A stretch of DNA of 43,963 bases from Bacteroidota bacterium. Lineage in GTDB: Bacteria > Bacteroidota > Bacteroidia > Cytophagales > Bernardetiaceae. The stretch spans positions 1 to 43,963 of the forward strand of contig JBPOJO010000287.1 in NCBI GenBank assembly GCA_052033485.1. The letters run 5' to 3'. The number at the start of each line of letters is the position of its first letter. Position 1 is the first letter of the stretch. The position numbers were made by a program, and so were the translations under genes. The notes under the pieces were generated by a model. That model was not told the origin of the DNA. It searched no databases and saw only the letters and a program-made list of their open reading frames with translations. Positions 5,712-12,959 of this stretch are shown here, in pieces.

Positions 5712-5721
5712 TAAATAGGTA

Positions 5722-5768
5722 TTGCAATGTAATAATAGATAATGTAAGATAATGACGATTTAACAAAA
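5722..5768 (+). promoter_or_regulatory. Early promoter 2: TTGCAA - 17 nt - TAAGAT followed by the conserved leader GATTTAACAAAA
   Basis: -35 at 5722-5727, -10 at 5745-5750, 12-mer at 5757-5768. The ATG at 5777 follows. Confidence 0.55.
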
Positions 5769-5776
5769 ACCTTGCC

Positions 5777-6055
5777 ATGACAAATACAGCATTGGCTGCT
5801 CAAGCCATCAGAAAGGAATTAAAAGAAGTCTTTCCGTTTATTAAATTTAAAGTTCAAAGCCAGCGTTATGCTGGCGGTGATTCTGTTAGTATTTATTATT
5901 TTGACCAAAGAATAGATACTAAAAATATTTATAAAATTGTTGGGAAATATCAATATGGCCATTTTGATGGCATGACAGACTCTTACGAGTACAACAACCG
6001 CAGAAACGATATTCCTCAGGTTAGACATGTAATGGTACACAACCGAACTCATTAA
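5777..6055 (+). CDS. Small alpha/beta protein (92 aa), possibly LPD29-like (polyvalent-protein-associated domain)
   Basis: IRKELKEVFPFIKFKV...GKYQYGHFDGMTDSYEY resembles a recalled signature. The family assignment is unverified. Confidence 0.65.
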   Translation: MTNTALAAQAIRKELKEVFPFIKFKVQSQRYAGGDSVSIYYFDQRIDTKNIYKIVGKYQYGHFDGMTDSYEYNNRRNDIPQVRHVMVHNRTH

Positions 6056-6085
6056 ACCATTTTTATTTCTTTATCTTTTTTCCCT

Positions 6086-7039
6086 ATGAACATGGATAAA
6101 AACGACGATTCAAACGTCAAAAAAAATCACGATGATGACTTTCCGTTGGATGGTCCTCCAGCTCAAATGCCTATGGCTGATCACGCCACCGGAGAAATAA
6201 TTGATCCTCCTAAAAAACAGGAAGTCCAAAAAGTAGCAACTATACAGCCCGCGCAACAAACTGGGGGGCCACTTCAAACCTTTGCAAACGTTTTAAAGGG
6301 AAAACAAAACGCACTTAAAAACTTTTTGGGAAATGAAGATAATGCAATGAAATTCCAGTCAGCAGTAATTCAAGCCATAAATGGTAATTCTGCGCTATTA
6401 TCATGCAGCCCACAAAGTTTATTGGGGGCTTTTATGGAAATTGCTTCTCTCGGTCTTTATCCAGGAAACTACGCGGGTGACGCGTATGTTGTACCTTACG
6501 GAGGAAAAGCACAGTTTCAAATCGGATACAGAGGAGTAAAAACACTCGCTTATCGTTCTGGTGTGATTCGCATGGGCGCTGAGGTTGTTTATTCTAAGGA
6601 CCACTATGAGGAAGTTTTAGGAACTGATCCGTATATTAAACACATTAAGCCATCATTCGGCAAAGCACGCGGTGAACCGGTTGGTGCTTATGCGTGGGCT
6701 GAAGTTGCCAACGGAAAAGTAGTTTTCAAATCAATGTCAAAAGATGACATCATGAAGATAAAAAAGATGTCTAAAGCCTCAGGTTCTTCACATTCGCCAT
6801 GGAATTCAAACGACCCTATGCTCTGGATGTGGGCAAAAACAGCGTTTAAGCAGCTTGGCAAATTGCTTCCAACATCCAATGACCTCGATCGGGCGCTTTA
6901 TTTGGATAACGTTAGCGAACGCGGTGGCTATATTGAATCAGAGGGCAGTGTTATTGAAGTAGCTTTTGACGACAACGAAACAAAGATTGAAGGAATGAAA
7001 AGCAAAAAGCAAGAAATGAGAGGACGTAAAAGGAAATAG
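6086..7039 (+). CDS. recT: RecT-family single-strand annealing recombinase (317 aa)
   Basis: CSPQSLLGAFMEIASLGLYPG...AYVVPYGGKAQFQIGYRG...WAKTAFKQLGKLLP are typical RecT blocks. Confidence 0.9.
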   Translation: MNMDKNDDSNVKKNHDDDFPLDGPPAQMPMADHATGEIIDPPKKQEVQKVATIQPAQQTGGPLQTFANVLKGKQNALKNFLGNEDNAMKFQSAVIQAINGNSALLSCSPQSLLGAFMEIASLGLYPGNYAGDAYVVPYGGKAQFQIGYRGVKTLAYRSGVIRMGAEVVYSKDHYEEVLGTDPYIKHIKPSFGKARGEPVGAYAWAEVANGKVVFKSMSKDDIMKIKKMSKASGSSHSPWNSNDPMLWMWAKTAFKQLGKLLPTSNDLDRALYLDNVSERGGYIESEGSVIEVAFDDNETKIEGMKSKKQEMRGRKRK

Positions 7040-7051
7040 ATTTATCCATCC

Positions 7052-7072
7052 GGGCCGGTGAAAATCCGGCCC
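7052..7072 (+). terminator. GC hairpin (gggccgg / ccggccc) after recT, with no U-tract
   Basis: 7-bp stem read by eye. Confidence 0.3.
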
Positions 7073-7103
7073 AAATAGAAAGATTTTATCCAATATTTAT
7101 CCC

Positions 7104-9206
7104 ATGAATAAATACGAAAAACTTACAACTGAAGAAAAGCAAGAACACCTCTCTAATTTTTTAATTCCGCACTGGTCAGTTAGCGCGGTTTCATCTTTCA
7201 TAAACAATGAAAAGGGGTTTGAGAAACAATATATTTTTAAACAATATTCAAAGACAAGCAGCTTGCCATCGATTATCGGTGATGTTTACCATAAAGCTTT
7301 AATGCAATTTTGGCTTTATTATAAAGAATGCGGAATGAAAATGAGCTTTGATGCATTCGCAGAAATTGCACTCGCTGAACTTAACATGGTCGGTGCAAAT
7401 AAATACCGTTCGTATAAAGGTGTTACGCTTGCTGAAACAAAGCTCGATGCATTAAAGGCCGTGAACTCTTTGATCAAAAACTTTATTGCAGAATGTGATG
7501 TTTATTTTAACGAAATTCAGGAAATTATCGGAGTTGAAAATACAATTATTGAATTTATTCAAATAAATGAAATTGATATTCCGCTTCCAATTAAATGCAA
7601 AGCGGACCTGATTTTTATCGATAAAGATGGCTCTTTAGGAATACTTGACCACAAATCAAAAAAGGATTTTACAAAAACAGAAGATATAAACCTAAAATAT
7701 GGGAATCAAACGGTGGGGCTTATTCTTGCAATAAATGAATGGATAAAAAATCAAAAAGAGGTACTTAAAAAATATCCTAAAGCAATCGAGGGTGTTAAAA
7801 AGTTCTTTTATTATGAAAATAAGATCAGCAAAAACAAGGATGGCAGCCGACAAATTCGGCAAATTCCTATTGATATAAAACAAAGTCAACAACTCTTTGA
7901 GCAAATATTATTTGAGGGGGTGTGGCGTGTTATGGAAGCCGTGCAAAACCCTGATTATGTTTATTTAATGAATCCGAATGACCATTTTGAAGACTCTGAG
8001 GAGATTGTAGAATTTTGGGTAAAAACGCACATTGAAGGTTTAGAAGGTTTCCCGGATTTGGAACCACACCAGGTGAAATTATTAAAAAAGAAACGTTCTG
8101 CTATCCGTCAGGCTTCACTTGTAGGGATACCCAAAAACGTTATAAAAGCTTTCAGCAATCCAAAGGAATTTATTTCATTATCTACTGCACACATGGAAAA
8201 TTTGACTCCATCGCAGCGTATCGAACACCGCTTGGCTACTTTCAATTATCCGGTAAAAGTAGGAAAAGTGATTGAAGGATACTCCTGTGATACATATCTC
8301 ATTGAGGTTAATGCGGGCCTTAAAATTTCGAATATTTATCAATACCGAATGGACATTGCGAATGCGCTCGGGGTTGAGGATGTAAGAATTGCATCAAATT
8401 TGGTTAAATATGAGGGTTTTACCTATGTTGCGATTGAGGCAAATCGCGAAAAAGCAACGGCGCTTTATCTTTCGCAAGGAGACATCCCTGCAGGCTATAA
8501 ATTCCCTATCGGACGTGATAACTTTGGAAATACGATGTGCTGGGATATTGAGAATCCATCCACGGCCCACATGATGATCGCCGGTGCGACCGGGAGCGGG
8601 AAATCGGTGGCAATTCGGAATGTGATTGAAACTGCGTTAAAAAAGAACGTGCGCGTTTCAATTCTTGACCCTAAAAATGAGTTTAAGCAGTATCAGAATA
8701 AAAACGTTGAAGTTATTTCCGAACTTCAAGAGATTGAAGACTTTATGGAAATGACAGTAATGGAAATGGATGAGATTTTCAGGACAAATGGAGCTTATGG
8801 AAACGGTCAAAAGCGCCTTGTGGTATTTGATGAGGCTGCGGACTGTTTCGCGAGGCAATCAAAGCAAAGGGTAAACTTTACGGAAGGCCCCAGGGGTGGC
8901 ATGAAAAAAAATGTAGATGTTGAATTTAAAACGCTTGAACAAAATACTTTAATCTTAGCTCAAAAGGCACGTTCTGCAGGAATCCATTTAATTCTAGCGG
9001 CTCAAAGGTTTTCGGTTAAAGTTTTATCCGGCGATGCGAAAGCAAACTTTACAACTCGTGTTTGCTTGAAAGTAATGAGCGGTGTTGACTCCAAGGTTAT
9101 GCTCGATCAGGAAGGAGCAGAAAAATTGAGAGGTAAAGGTGATGGTTTATTGATTTCTCCTGACCATTCAGAACCGGTCAGGCTTCAATGTTTTATGAGC
9201 GTTTAA
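7104..9206 (+). CDS. Fusion protein (700 aa): N-terminal PD-(D/E)xK (RecB/Cas4-like) nuclease and C-terminal FtsK/SpoIIIE-type DNA translocase ATPase
   Basis: The N-terminal part has GDVYHKAL, KADLIFIDKDGSLGILDHKSKK (D..D/ExK). The C-terminal part has Walker A AGATGSGKS, Walker B LVVFDEAAD, and AQKARSAGIHLILAAQRFSVKVLSGDAKANFTTRVCLKV..DSKVMLDQEGAEKLRGKGDGLL. Confidence 0.85.
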   Translation: MNKYEKLTTEEKQEHLSNFLIPHWSVSAVSSFINNEKGFEKQYIFKQYSKTSSLPSIIGDVYHKALMQFWLYYKECGMKMSFDAFAEIALAELNMVGANKYRSYKGVTLAETKLDALKAVNSLIKNFIAECDVYFNEIQEIIGVENTIIEFIQINEIDIPLPIKCKADLIFIDKDGSLGILDHKSKKDFTKTEDINLKYGNQTVGLILAINEWIKNQKEVLKKYPKAIEGVKKFFYYENKISKNKDGSRQIRQIPIDIKQSQQLFEQILFEGVWRVMEAVQNPDYVYLMNPNDHFEDSEEIVEFWVKTHIEGLEGFPDLEPHQVKLLKKKRSAIRQASLVGIPKNVIKAFSNPKEFISLSTAHMENLTPSQRIEHRLATFNYPVKVGKVIEGYSCDTYLIEVNAGLKISNIYQYRMDIANALGVEDVRIASNLVKYEGFTYVAIEANREKATALYLSQGDIPAGYKFPIGRDNFGNTMCWDIENPSTAHMMIAGATGSGKSVAIRNVIETALKKNVRVSILDPKNEFKQYQNKNVEVISELQEIEDFMEMTVMEMDEIFRTNGAYGNGQKRLVVFDEAADCFARQSKQRVNFTEGPRGGMKKNVDVEFKTLEQNTLILAQKARSAGIHLILAAQRFSVKVLSGDAKANFTTRVCLKVMSGVDSKVMLDQEGAEKLRGKGDGLLISPDHSEPVRLQCFMSV

Positions 9207-9225
9207 ATTTTACTTAAAATGTTAT

Positions 9226-9239
9226 TTGCTGGCCAGCAA
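9226..9239. promoter_or_regulatory. 14-bp perfect palindrome TTGCTGGCCAGCAA downstream of the nuclease-FtsK gene
   Basis: Read by eye. It could be a protein-binding site or a weak terminator stem. Confidence 0.3.
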
Positions 9240-9278
9240 TAAACAGAAAACTTATTTTTTTAGCCGAAAGGCAAATAT

Positions 9279-9563
9279 ATGAAAAATCAAAAAAACTCAA
9301 AAATCGGTATGTTCTTTTTGGGCGCTATGCTCTTGGCAACTTTATCAGGATGCACAACGGAAAGCCCTGATGCAAAGTTAGAAAAATCCACAAAGGATTT
9401 AAAGAAAACTCTGAATCAAAACTTAGGTGGTACCAGCACAAACAAGAACTTTCAAGATGCCCTCGATGCAACCCAAAAAGCACAGAAACAGGAAATGGAA
9501 AAGCAAAAGGCTATGTTGAAAGATTTGAGCAAACCAACTGACAACATTAACATATTGTACTAG
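9279..9563 (+). CDS. Lipoprotein (94 aa)
   Basis: Signal peptide with a lipobox (LLATLSGC) followed by a hydrophilic mature part. Confidence 0.75.
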   Translation: MKNQKNSKIGMFFLGAMLLATLSGCTTESPDAKLEKSTKDLKKTLNQNLGGTSTNKNFQDALDATQKAQKQEMEKQKAMLKDLSKPTDNINILY

Positions 9564-9574
9564 CCAAAAATCCG

Positions 9575-9605
9575 GTGGGGATTGAAAAAGATTTTTGATC
9601 CCCAC
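9575..9605 (+). terminator. Hairpin after the lipoprotein gene (gtggggat...atccccac, with inner A5/T5 pairing)
   Basis: 8-bp outer stem plus inner AAAAA/TTTTT pairing, read by eye. Confidence 0.5.
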
Positions 9606-9628
9606 TGATATAAAATTTGATCTTTAAA

Positions 9629-9795
9629 AGCAGGAAACACTTTGAATACCCACCCCTTATGGACATGCGCAGGGCGTAAAGGATATACGGCGGCTCGGAT
9701 TATAGCCCTAACTGCACGGTATACCGTGATCTACCGTCACCATCCGGGAGAGTAATCTCAATCAGAGGTAGACGCATGTACAGCTGTTTCCTGCT
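9629..9795 (+). ncRNA. Candidate structured RNA of about 167 nt (class unknown), with six mutually nested helices including a GNRA-capped hairpin
   Basis: No ORF. Locally G+C-rich (34/60 in line 9661-9720). Helices: P1 9629-39/9785-95, P2 9663-69/9773-79, P3 9671-75/9705-09, P4 9715-19/9724-28, P5 9730-35/9767-72, P6 9748-51/9756-59 closing a GUAA loop. Confidence 0.45.
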
Positions 9796-9845
9796 CCGTA
9801 GATCAAATCAGTAAAACTTTACTACTACTTTTTTACTACTAAAAT

Positions 9846-10223
9846 ATGCCAAATTTACAACAAAAACCGATTATTAAAAGCCTTATCGGGATCGACATTG
9901 AGGAATATATCGAAAAATTGAAAGTTTGGCTTATTGAAAATCAATGTACATACTTTTCAGATCCGGAATATCACGCAGTTAGTTACTATGATTTTTCTGG
10001 AAATAAAACAATACAACTTGCAAAAAGGAACCTGTGTATGCCTGACGAATTAATGTTGATTGATAGAGGCGATAAAAACAACGTACATACGTACACAATT
10101 TGCTCAATAAACAAAAATAATAAATGCAAAGACCATTATTATGTTTTACCAATATCACAACTGAGTGGGGAGCATTGGAGAAACGGCTATTTCTTACTTC
10201 CTAACTTGCAACAATATGCATGA
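9846..10223 (+). CDS. Hypothetical protein (125 aa)
   Basis: ORF track. Confidence 0.65.
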   Translation: MPNLQQKPIIKSLIGIDIEEYIEKLKVWLIENQCTYFSDPEYHAVSYYDFSGNKTIQLAKRNLCMPDELMLIDRGDKNNVHTYTICSINKNNKCKDHYYVLPISQLSGEHWRNGYFLLPNLQQYA

Positions 10224-10518
10224 CCACAAAATATGCCCCGGGAAAATTTGCATTGACGATAAACACTTAGAAATTACTGGATGTTCGGAAGTGGTAGCGG
10301 ACTGTATGATACTTGGAATATTTGAGTTTATAAAAATGTTAAAAAATGGCACAAAATCTGCACAAGCTCATTCAACTTTTTACGCATTTATTATTTATCT
10401 TGAACACATTTCAAGCCAAGAAATAAAAAAGTTTACTAAAGAAGAAATGGACATGTTTCTTGACGTTAAAAATTCATTTTTTAAAGATAAAAAATATGAG
10501 CAGAGTGCAAACTATTAA
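10216..10518 (+). CDS. Hypothetical protein (100 aa, start trimmed to MHDHKICPG)
   Basis: Internal ATG of track ORF 10165..10518, overlapping the upstream stop (ATGCATGA). Confidence 0.6.
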   Translation: MHDHKICPGKICIDDKHLEITGCSEVVADCMILGIFEFIKMLKNGTKSAQAHSTFYAFIIYLEHISSQEIKKFTKEEMDMFLDVKNSFFKDKKYEQSANY

Positions 10519-10765
10519 ACAACTTTTAAAATTGGCAAACGAAAGGCAAAGTGTGGTTATAATAATTCGTTATTACAGCCAAACGCGAAAAAAGTTCATT
10601 ATACAGAGGAAATGGAGAACTCCTGCAGCATTTATTCAAAATTGGAGCTGTAGACAGGTGCAAAATTTAATTGATAGTAAATCTATATTTTTTAACTCTA
10701 CAAAAAATGCCAGAAATACCAACTCAGGAAAGGGAATGGTCAATACAGGAATTGAGCCGAAATAA
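10496..10765 (+). CDS. Possible small basic protein (89 aa)
   Basis: Internal ATG of track ORF 10460..10765. It overlaps both neighbours, so coding status is uncertain. Confidence 0.3.
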   Translation: MSRVQTIKQLLKLANERQSVVIIIRYYSQTRKKFIIQRKWRTPAAFIQNWSCRQVQNLIDSKSIFFNSTKNARNTNSGKGMVNTGIEPK

Positions 10766-10916
10766 AAGCTTTCCGTACAAAGAAAGCATGATAAGAACTT
10801 TCATAAAGGATGGTCGTTTAAAAGCAAAATTTTACAGCGCGCATAAAATTAGAATTCCACAATCAAGTATTGATACTTTTTTAAAAAAAATAGAATTACA
10901 AAATAATAAAAAATAG
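10707..10916 (+). CDS. Excisionase/MerR-type helix-turn-helix DNA-binding protein (69 aa)
   Basis: WSIQELSRNKSFPYKESMIRTFIKDGRLKAKFYSAHKIRIPQSSIDTFL fits the excisionase-family HTH pattern. Confidence 0.65.
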   Translation: MPEIPTQEREWSIQELSRNKSFPYKESMIRTFIKDGRLKAKFYSAHKIRIPQSSIDTFLKKIELQNNKK

Positions 10917-10917
10917 C

Positions 10918-10963
10918 TTGCTTGGGTCAAAAATACCTCTATAATCATTTCGATTTAACAAAA
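10918..10963 (+). promoter_or_regulatory. Early promoter 3: TTGCTT - 16 nt - TATAAT followed by the conserved leader GATTTAACAAAA
   Basis: -35 at 10918-10923, -10 at 10940-10945, 12-mer at 10952-10963. The ATG at 10968 follows. Confidence 0.55.
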
Positions 10964-10967
10964 TACC

Positions 10968-11081
10968 ATGACAAAGATATTAACAAATATCAGGCAAACA
11001 GCTGGAGTTCTCCGTTTTCAGCGTCATGGCGTTGTTAAATCACCGGATAACTCCGGCTTTTTGCTTGATACTTATGTCTAA
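10968..11081 (+). CDS. Possible 37-aa leader ORF overlapping the start of the replication gene
   Basis: Hand translation: MTKILTNIRQTAGVLRFQRHGVVKSPDNSGFLLDTYV. Its stop at 11079-11081 overlaps the ATG at 11074. Confidence 0.3.
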   Translation: MTKILTNIRQTAGVLRFQRHGVVKSPDNSGFLLDTYV

Positions 11082-11883
11082 ACAAAGACTGATAAAAACA
11101 TCATTTTGGGACGAGGATGAATGGGTACAAACCCTAAATTCTAACGAAACATTGCTTTATTTGTATCTTTTAACAGGACCGAAAACCTCGCTTTGTGGCA
11201 TTTTTAAGGTACTTATAAGCCACGTAAAACTTGCAACAAAACTTACGAGCGAACAAATAGAAAGTGCCCTTAAAAGATTTGAAAAAGAAGGAAAAATAAT
11301 TGTAAAAGATCATTGGATTATTCTGTTAAACAGATCAAAACACCAAAATCCATCACCTAAAATTTCGCGAGGCATTGAAAGGGAACTGCTTGAAATCCCG
11401 CATGAAGTAACGAAACTCATGTACCCTATCGATACTGTATCGATACAAAACGGCACCCCTAAGGTAAAGGTTAAGGTAGAGTCTAAGTCTAAGGTAAAGG
11501 TTAATAATATTAAAAAGGTGTTTGATCAACAATCTGATGAGTGGAAACTTTCGGACCTCCTTTTTAATTTAATTATAAAAAACAATCCATACCACAAGTT
11601 TAAAGATTATTCCGAACCTGAGAGGGAACTACAAAAGCAATCGTTTTCAACCGTGGCTGATTTAATGTTCCGTGTGGATAAAAGAGATGTGAAATTTAGT
11701 GAATTTTTGGTTGAGTGGTGCCAAAATAGCGATTTTTGGAGGGCAATTATTCTTTCAATGAATAATTTTAGGGATAAGTACGATCAACTGGCAGCACAAG
11801 CCAAAAGAGCGTATGAAGAGGAGAAAAAAGAAAAGAAACCTAAGTATTTATTTCCTGTAGAAGTTAACCAAACACAACCATGA
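11074..11883 (+). CDS. Replisome-organizer / replication-initiator-like protein (269 aa from MSKQRLIKTSFWDEDEW). It contains an internal iteron array.
   Basis: The N-terminal FWDEDEW...LLYLYLLTGPKTSLCGIF...LKRFEKEGKIIV pattern resembles DnaD/DUF4373-type phage replication proteins. The DNA repeats at 11422..11510 encode PKVKVKVESKSKVKV. An alternative start exists at 11026. Confidence 0.65.
   Translation: MSKQRLIKTSFWDEDEWVQTLNSNETLLYLYLLTGPKTSLCGIFKVLISHVKLATKLTSEQIESALKRFEKEGKIIVKDHWIILLNRSKHQNPSPKISRGIERELLEIPHEVTKLMYPIDTVSIQNGTPKVKVKVESKSKVKVNNIKKVFDQQSDEWKLSDLLFNLIIKNNPYHKFKDYSEPERELQKQSFSTVADLMFRVDKRDVKFSEFLVEWCQNSDFWRAIILSMNNFRDKYDQLAAQAKRAYEEEKKEKKPKYLFPVEVNQTQP
11422..11510. repeat. 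Iteron locus A: 2 x TATCGATAC at 11-bp phasing, AAAACGGCA, then an (AAGGTW)n hexamer tract. Candidate origin.
   Basis: TATCGATAC at 11427-35 and 11438-46, AAAACGGCA at 11447-55, hexamer tract at 11461-11503. A diverged copy lies at 23450..23555. Confidence 0.6.
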
Positions 11884-12248
11884 AATACATATTGTTATGT
11901 AAAAGCGGTTATTTCATTATTTCTGCACAAGAAAAAGAGCAGTTTAAAAAAATTTATAATGAAACTGCAGGAAATCTTTTGCCATGGCAAAACCAAGTTA
12001 TTGATCGCTTTGGAATTGAGATTTTAGAACTCCCATTTTATTTGAAAAATGAAAACCAGAAATTGAGAATTAGAGGGCTTTGCCGTTGTAGGTATTGCGG
12101 AATAATCAAAAACCTTATGGACAAATGCCAATGCGCAGACAAACCGGAATTGCGGGAAAATAACGAATTTTCATTAAAAGAAACCCATAATAATTTATTA
12201 ACCTCACAAAACAATGAACAACAAAGTAAGAAAATCGTTATTTCCTAG
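11880..12248 (+). CDS. Hypothetical Cys-rich protein (122 aa)
   Basis: ORF track. ATGA overlap upstream. Contains CRCRYCG...CQC. Confidence 0.65.
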   Translation: MKYILLCKSGYFIISAQEKEQFKKIYNETAGNLLPWQNQVIDRFGIEILELPFYLKNENQKLRIRGLCRCRYCGIIKNLMDKCQCADKPELRENNEFSLKETHNNLLTSQNNEQQSKKIVIS

Positions 12249-12732
12249 CGAAATAAACACAAAATTCGTTTTGAAAAAAATGATTTTGGAAAACAATTAT
12301 TGGAGTTTAATGCTTGAGCTTATAAGCTCTGAAATTAGAAAGCTTCATTTACACTACGATGCCGACTTTATTGCTGATGATTCAGGCTTTGATCGTATGA
12401 TTGAATCAGAGAGGCAATCGATGCGTGAAATTAAAATAGATCCACAGCAAGATATGTTTATTCAAGAGCGTACAGCACGACTTGAAAAGCATGAAAATAA
12501 CATCAAAGACATTGAAAAGAACCGTAAGGAGTTTTTAGAAAACAACCCGAATTTGAAGTTTAGGGTCGCAGTTGTCGAGTTTAAAAATAAAAATGACATG
12601 ATCGTCACTTTCCGTATTCCAGACAACATCGTGGAATTCATAAACAAGAAAAAATTCAACATTGCCGATAATTATATTTTAAAACTTTCAACTGAAGTTT
12701 CGGAAGAAATTGAAGTTGATGAGCAAGAGTAG
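12214..12732 (+). CDS. Hypothetical acidic protein (172 aa; alternative start at 12280)
   Basis: ORF track. Confidence 0.65.
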   Translation: MNNKVRKSLFPSEINTKFVLKKMILENNYWSLMLELISSEIRKLHLHYDADFIADDSGFDRMIESERQSMREIKIDPQQDMFIQERTARLEKHENNIKDIEKNRKEFLENNPNLKFRVAVVEFKNKNDMIVTFRIPDNIVEFINKKKFNIADNYILKLSTEVSEEIEVDEQE

Positions 12733-12786
12733 CGCTTTATAAGGTTTTGGTTTACATTTAAATGGAATTTCTTAACAAAAAATAAT

Positions 12787-12957
12787 ATGTCCACATTCAC
12801 GATAATTTTGCTCGCACTCAACGGAATTTTACTTTATGCGTTTGGAGTTGCATTTTTTGCACGCAAAGATCAAAGCGTAAAAATACCAGGGCTTATCTTT
12901 GGTGTTATTGCAATTTTAAACATCTTTTACATCCTTCATCAAAATAAAATCCTTTAA
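12787..12957 (+). CDS. Small two-helix membrane protein (56 aa)
   Basis: Hand translation: MSTFTIILLALNGILLYAFGVAFFARKDQSVKIPGLIFGVIAILNIFYILHQNKIL. Confidence 0.5.
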   Translation: MSTFTIILLALNGILLYAFGVAFFARKDQSVKIPGLIFGVIAILNIFYILHQNKIL

Positions 12958-12959
12958 TT

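Noticed and set aside
5591-6052. Minus-strand ORFs 5591..5803 and 5819..6052
   Set aside because: They run against a well-organised + strand unit (promoter 2, leader, ORF 5777..6055). They are hydrophobic and low-complexity, as is typical of antisense reads of AT-rich DNA.
9629-9795. Assigning the structured element to a known class (c-di-GMP-I/GEMM, guanidine-I/ykkC, tRNA/tmRNA fragment marking attP, hammerhead/twister)
   Set aside because: Only short string resemblances were found (GCGCAGGGC..., ACGGCGG...AGCCC...CCGGGAGAG). The diagnostic cores are absent: ACGCAAAGC for GEMM-I, CUAGGGUUCCG/GGUCCGAGAG for ykkC, CUGAnGA...GAAA for hammerhead, and a GTTCRANYC T-loop for tRNA. No integrase is present to use an attP site.
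11461-11503. Hexamer/iteron arrays at 11461..11503 and 23503..23550 as a CRISPR array or mini-array
   Set aside because: The repeat unit is 6-9 bp with no spacers of CRISPR size. One array is inside a coding region.
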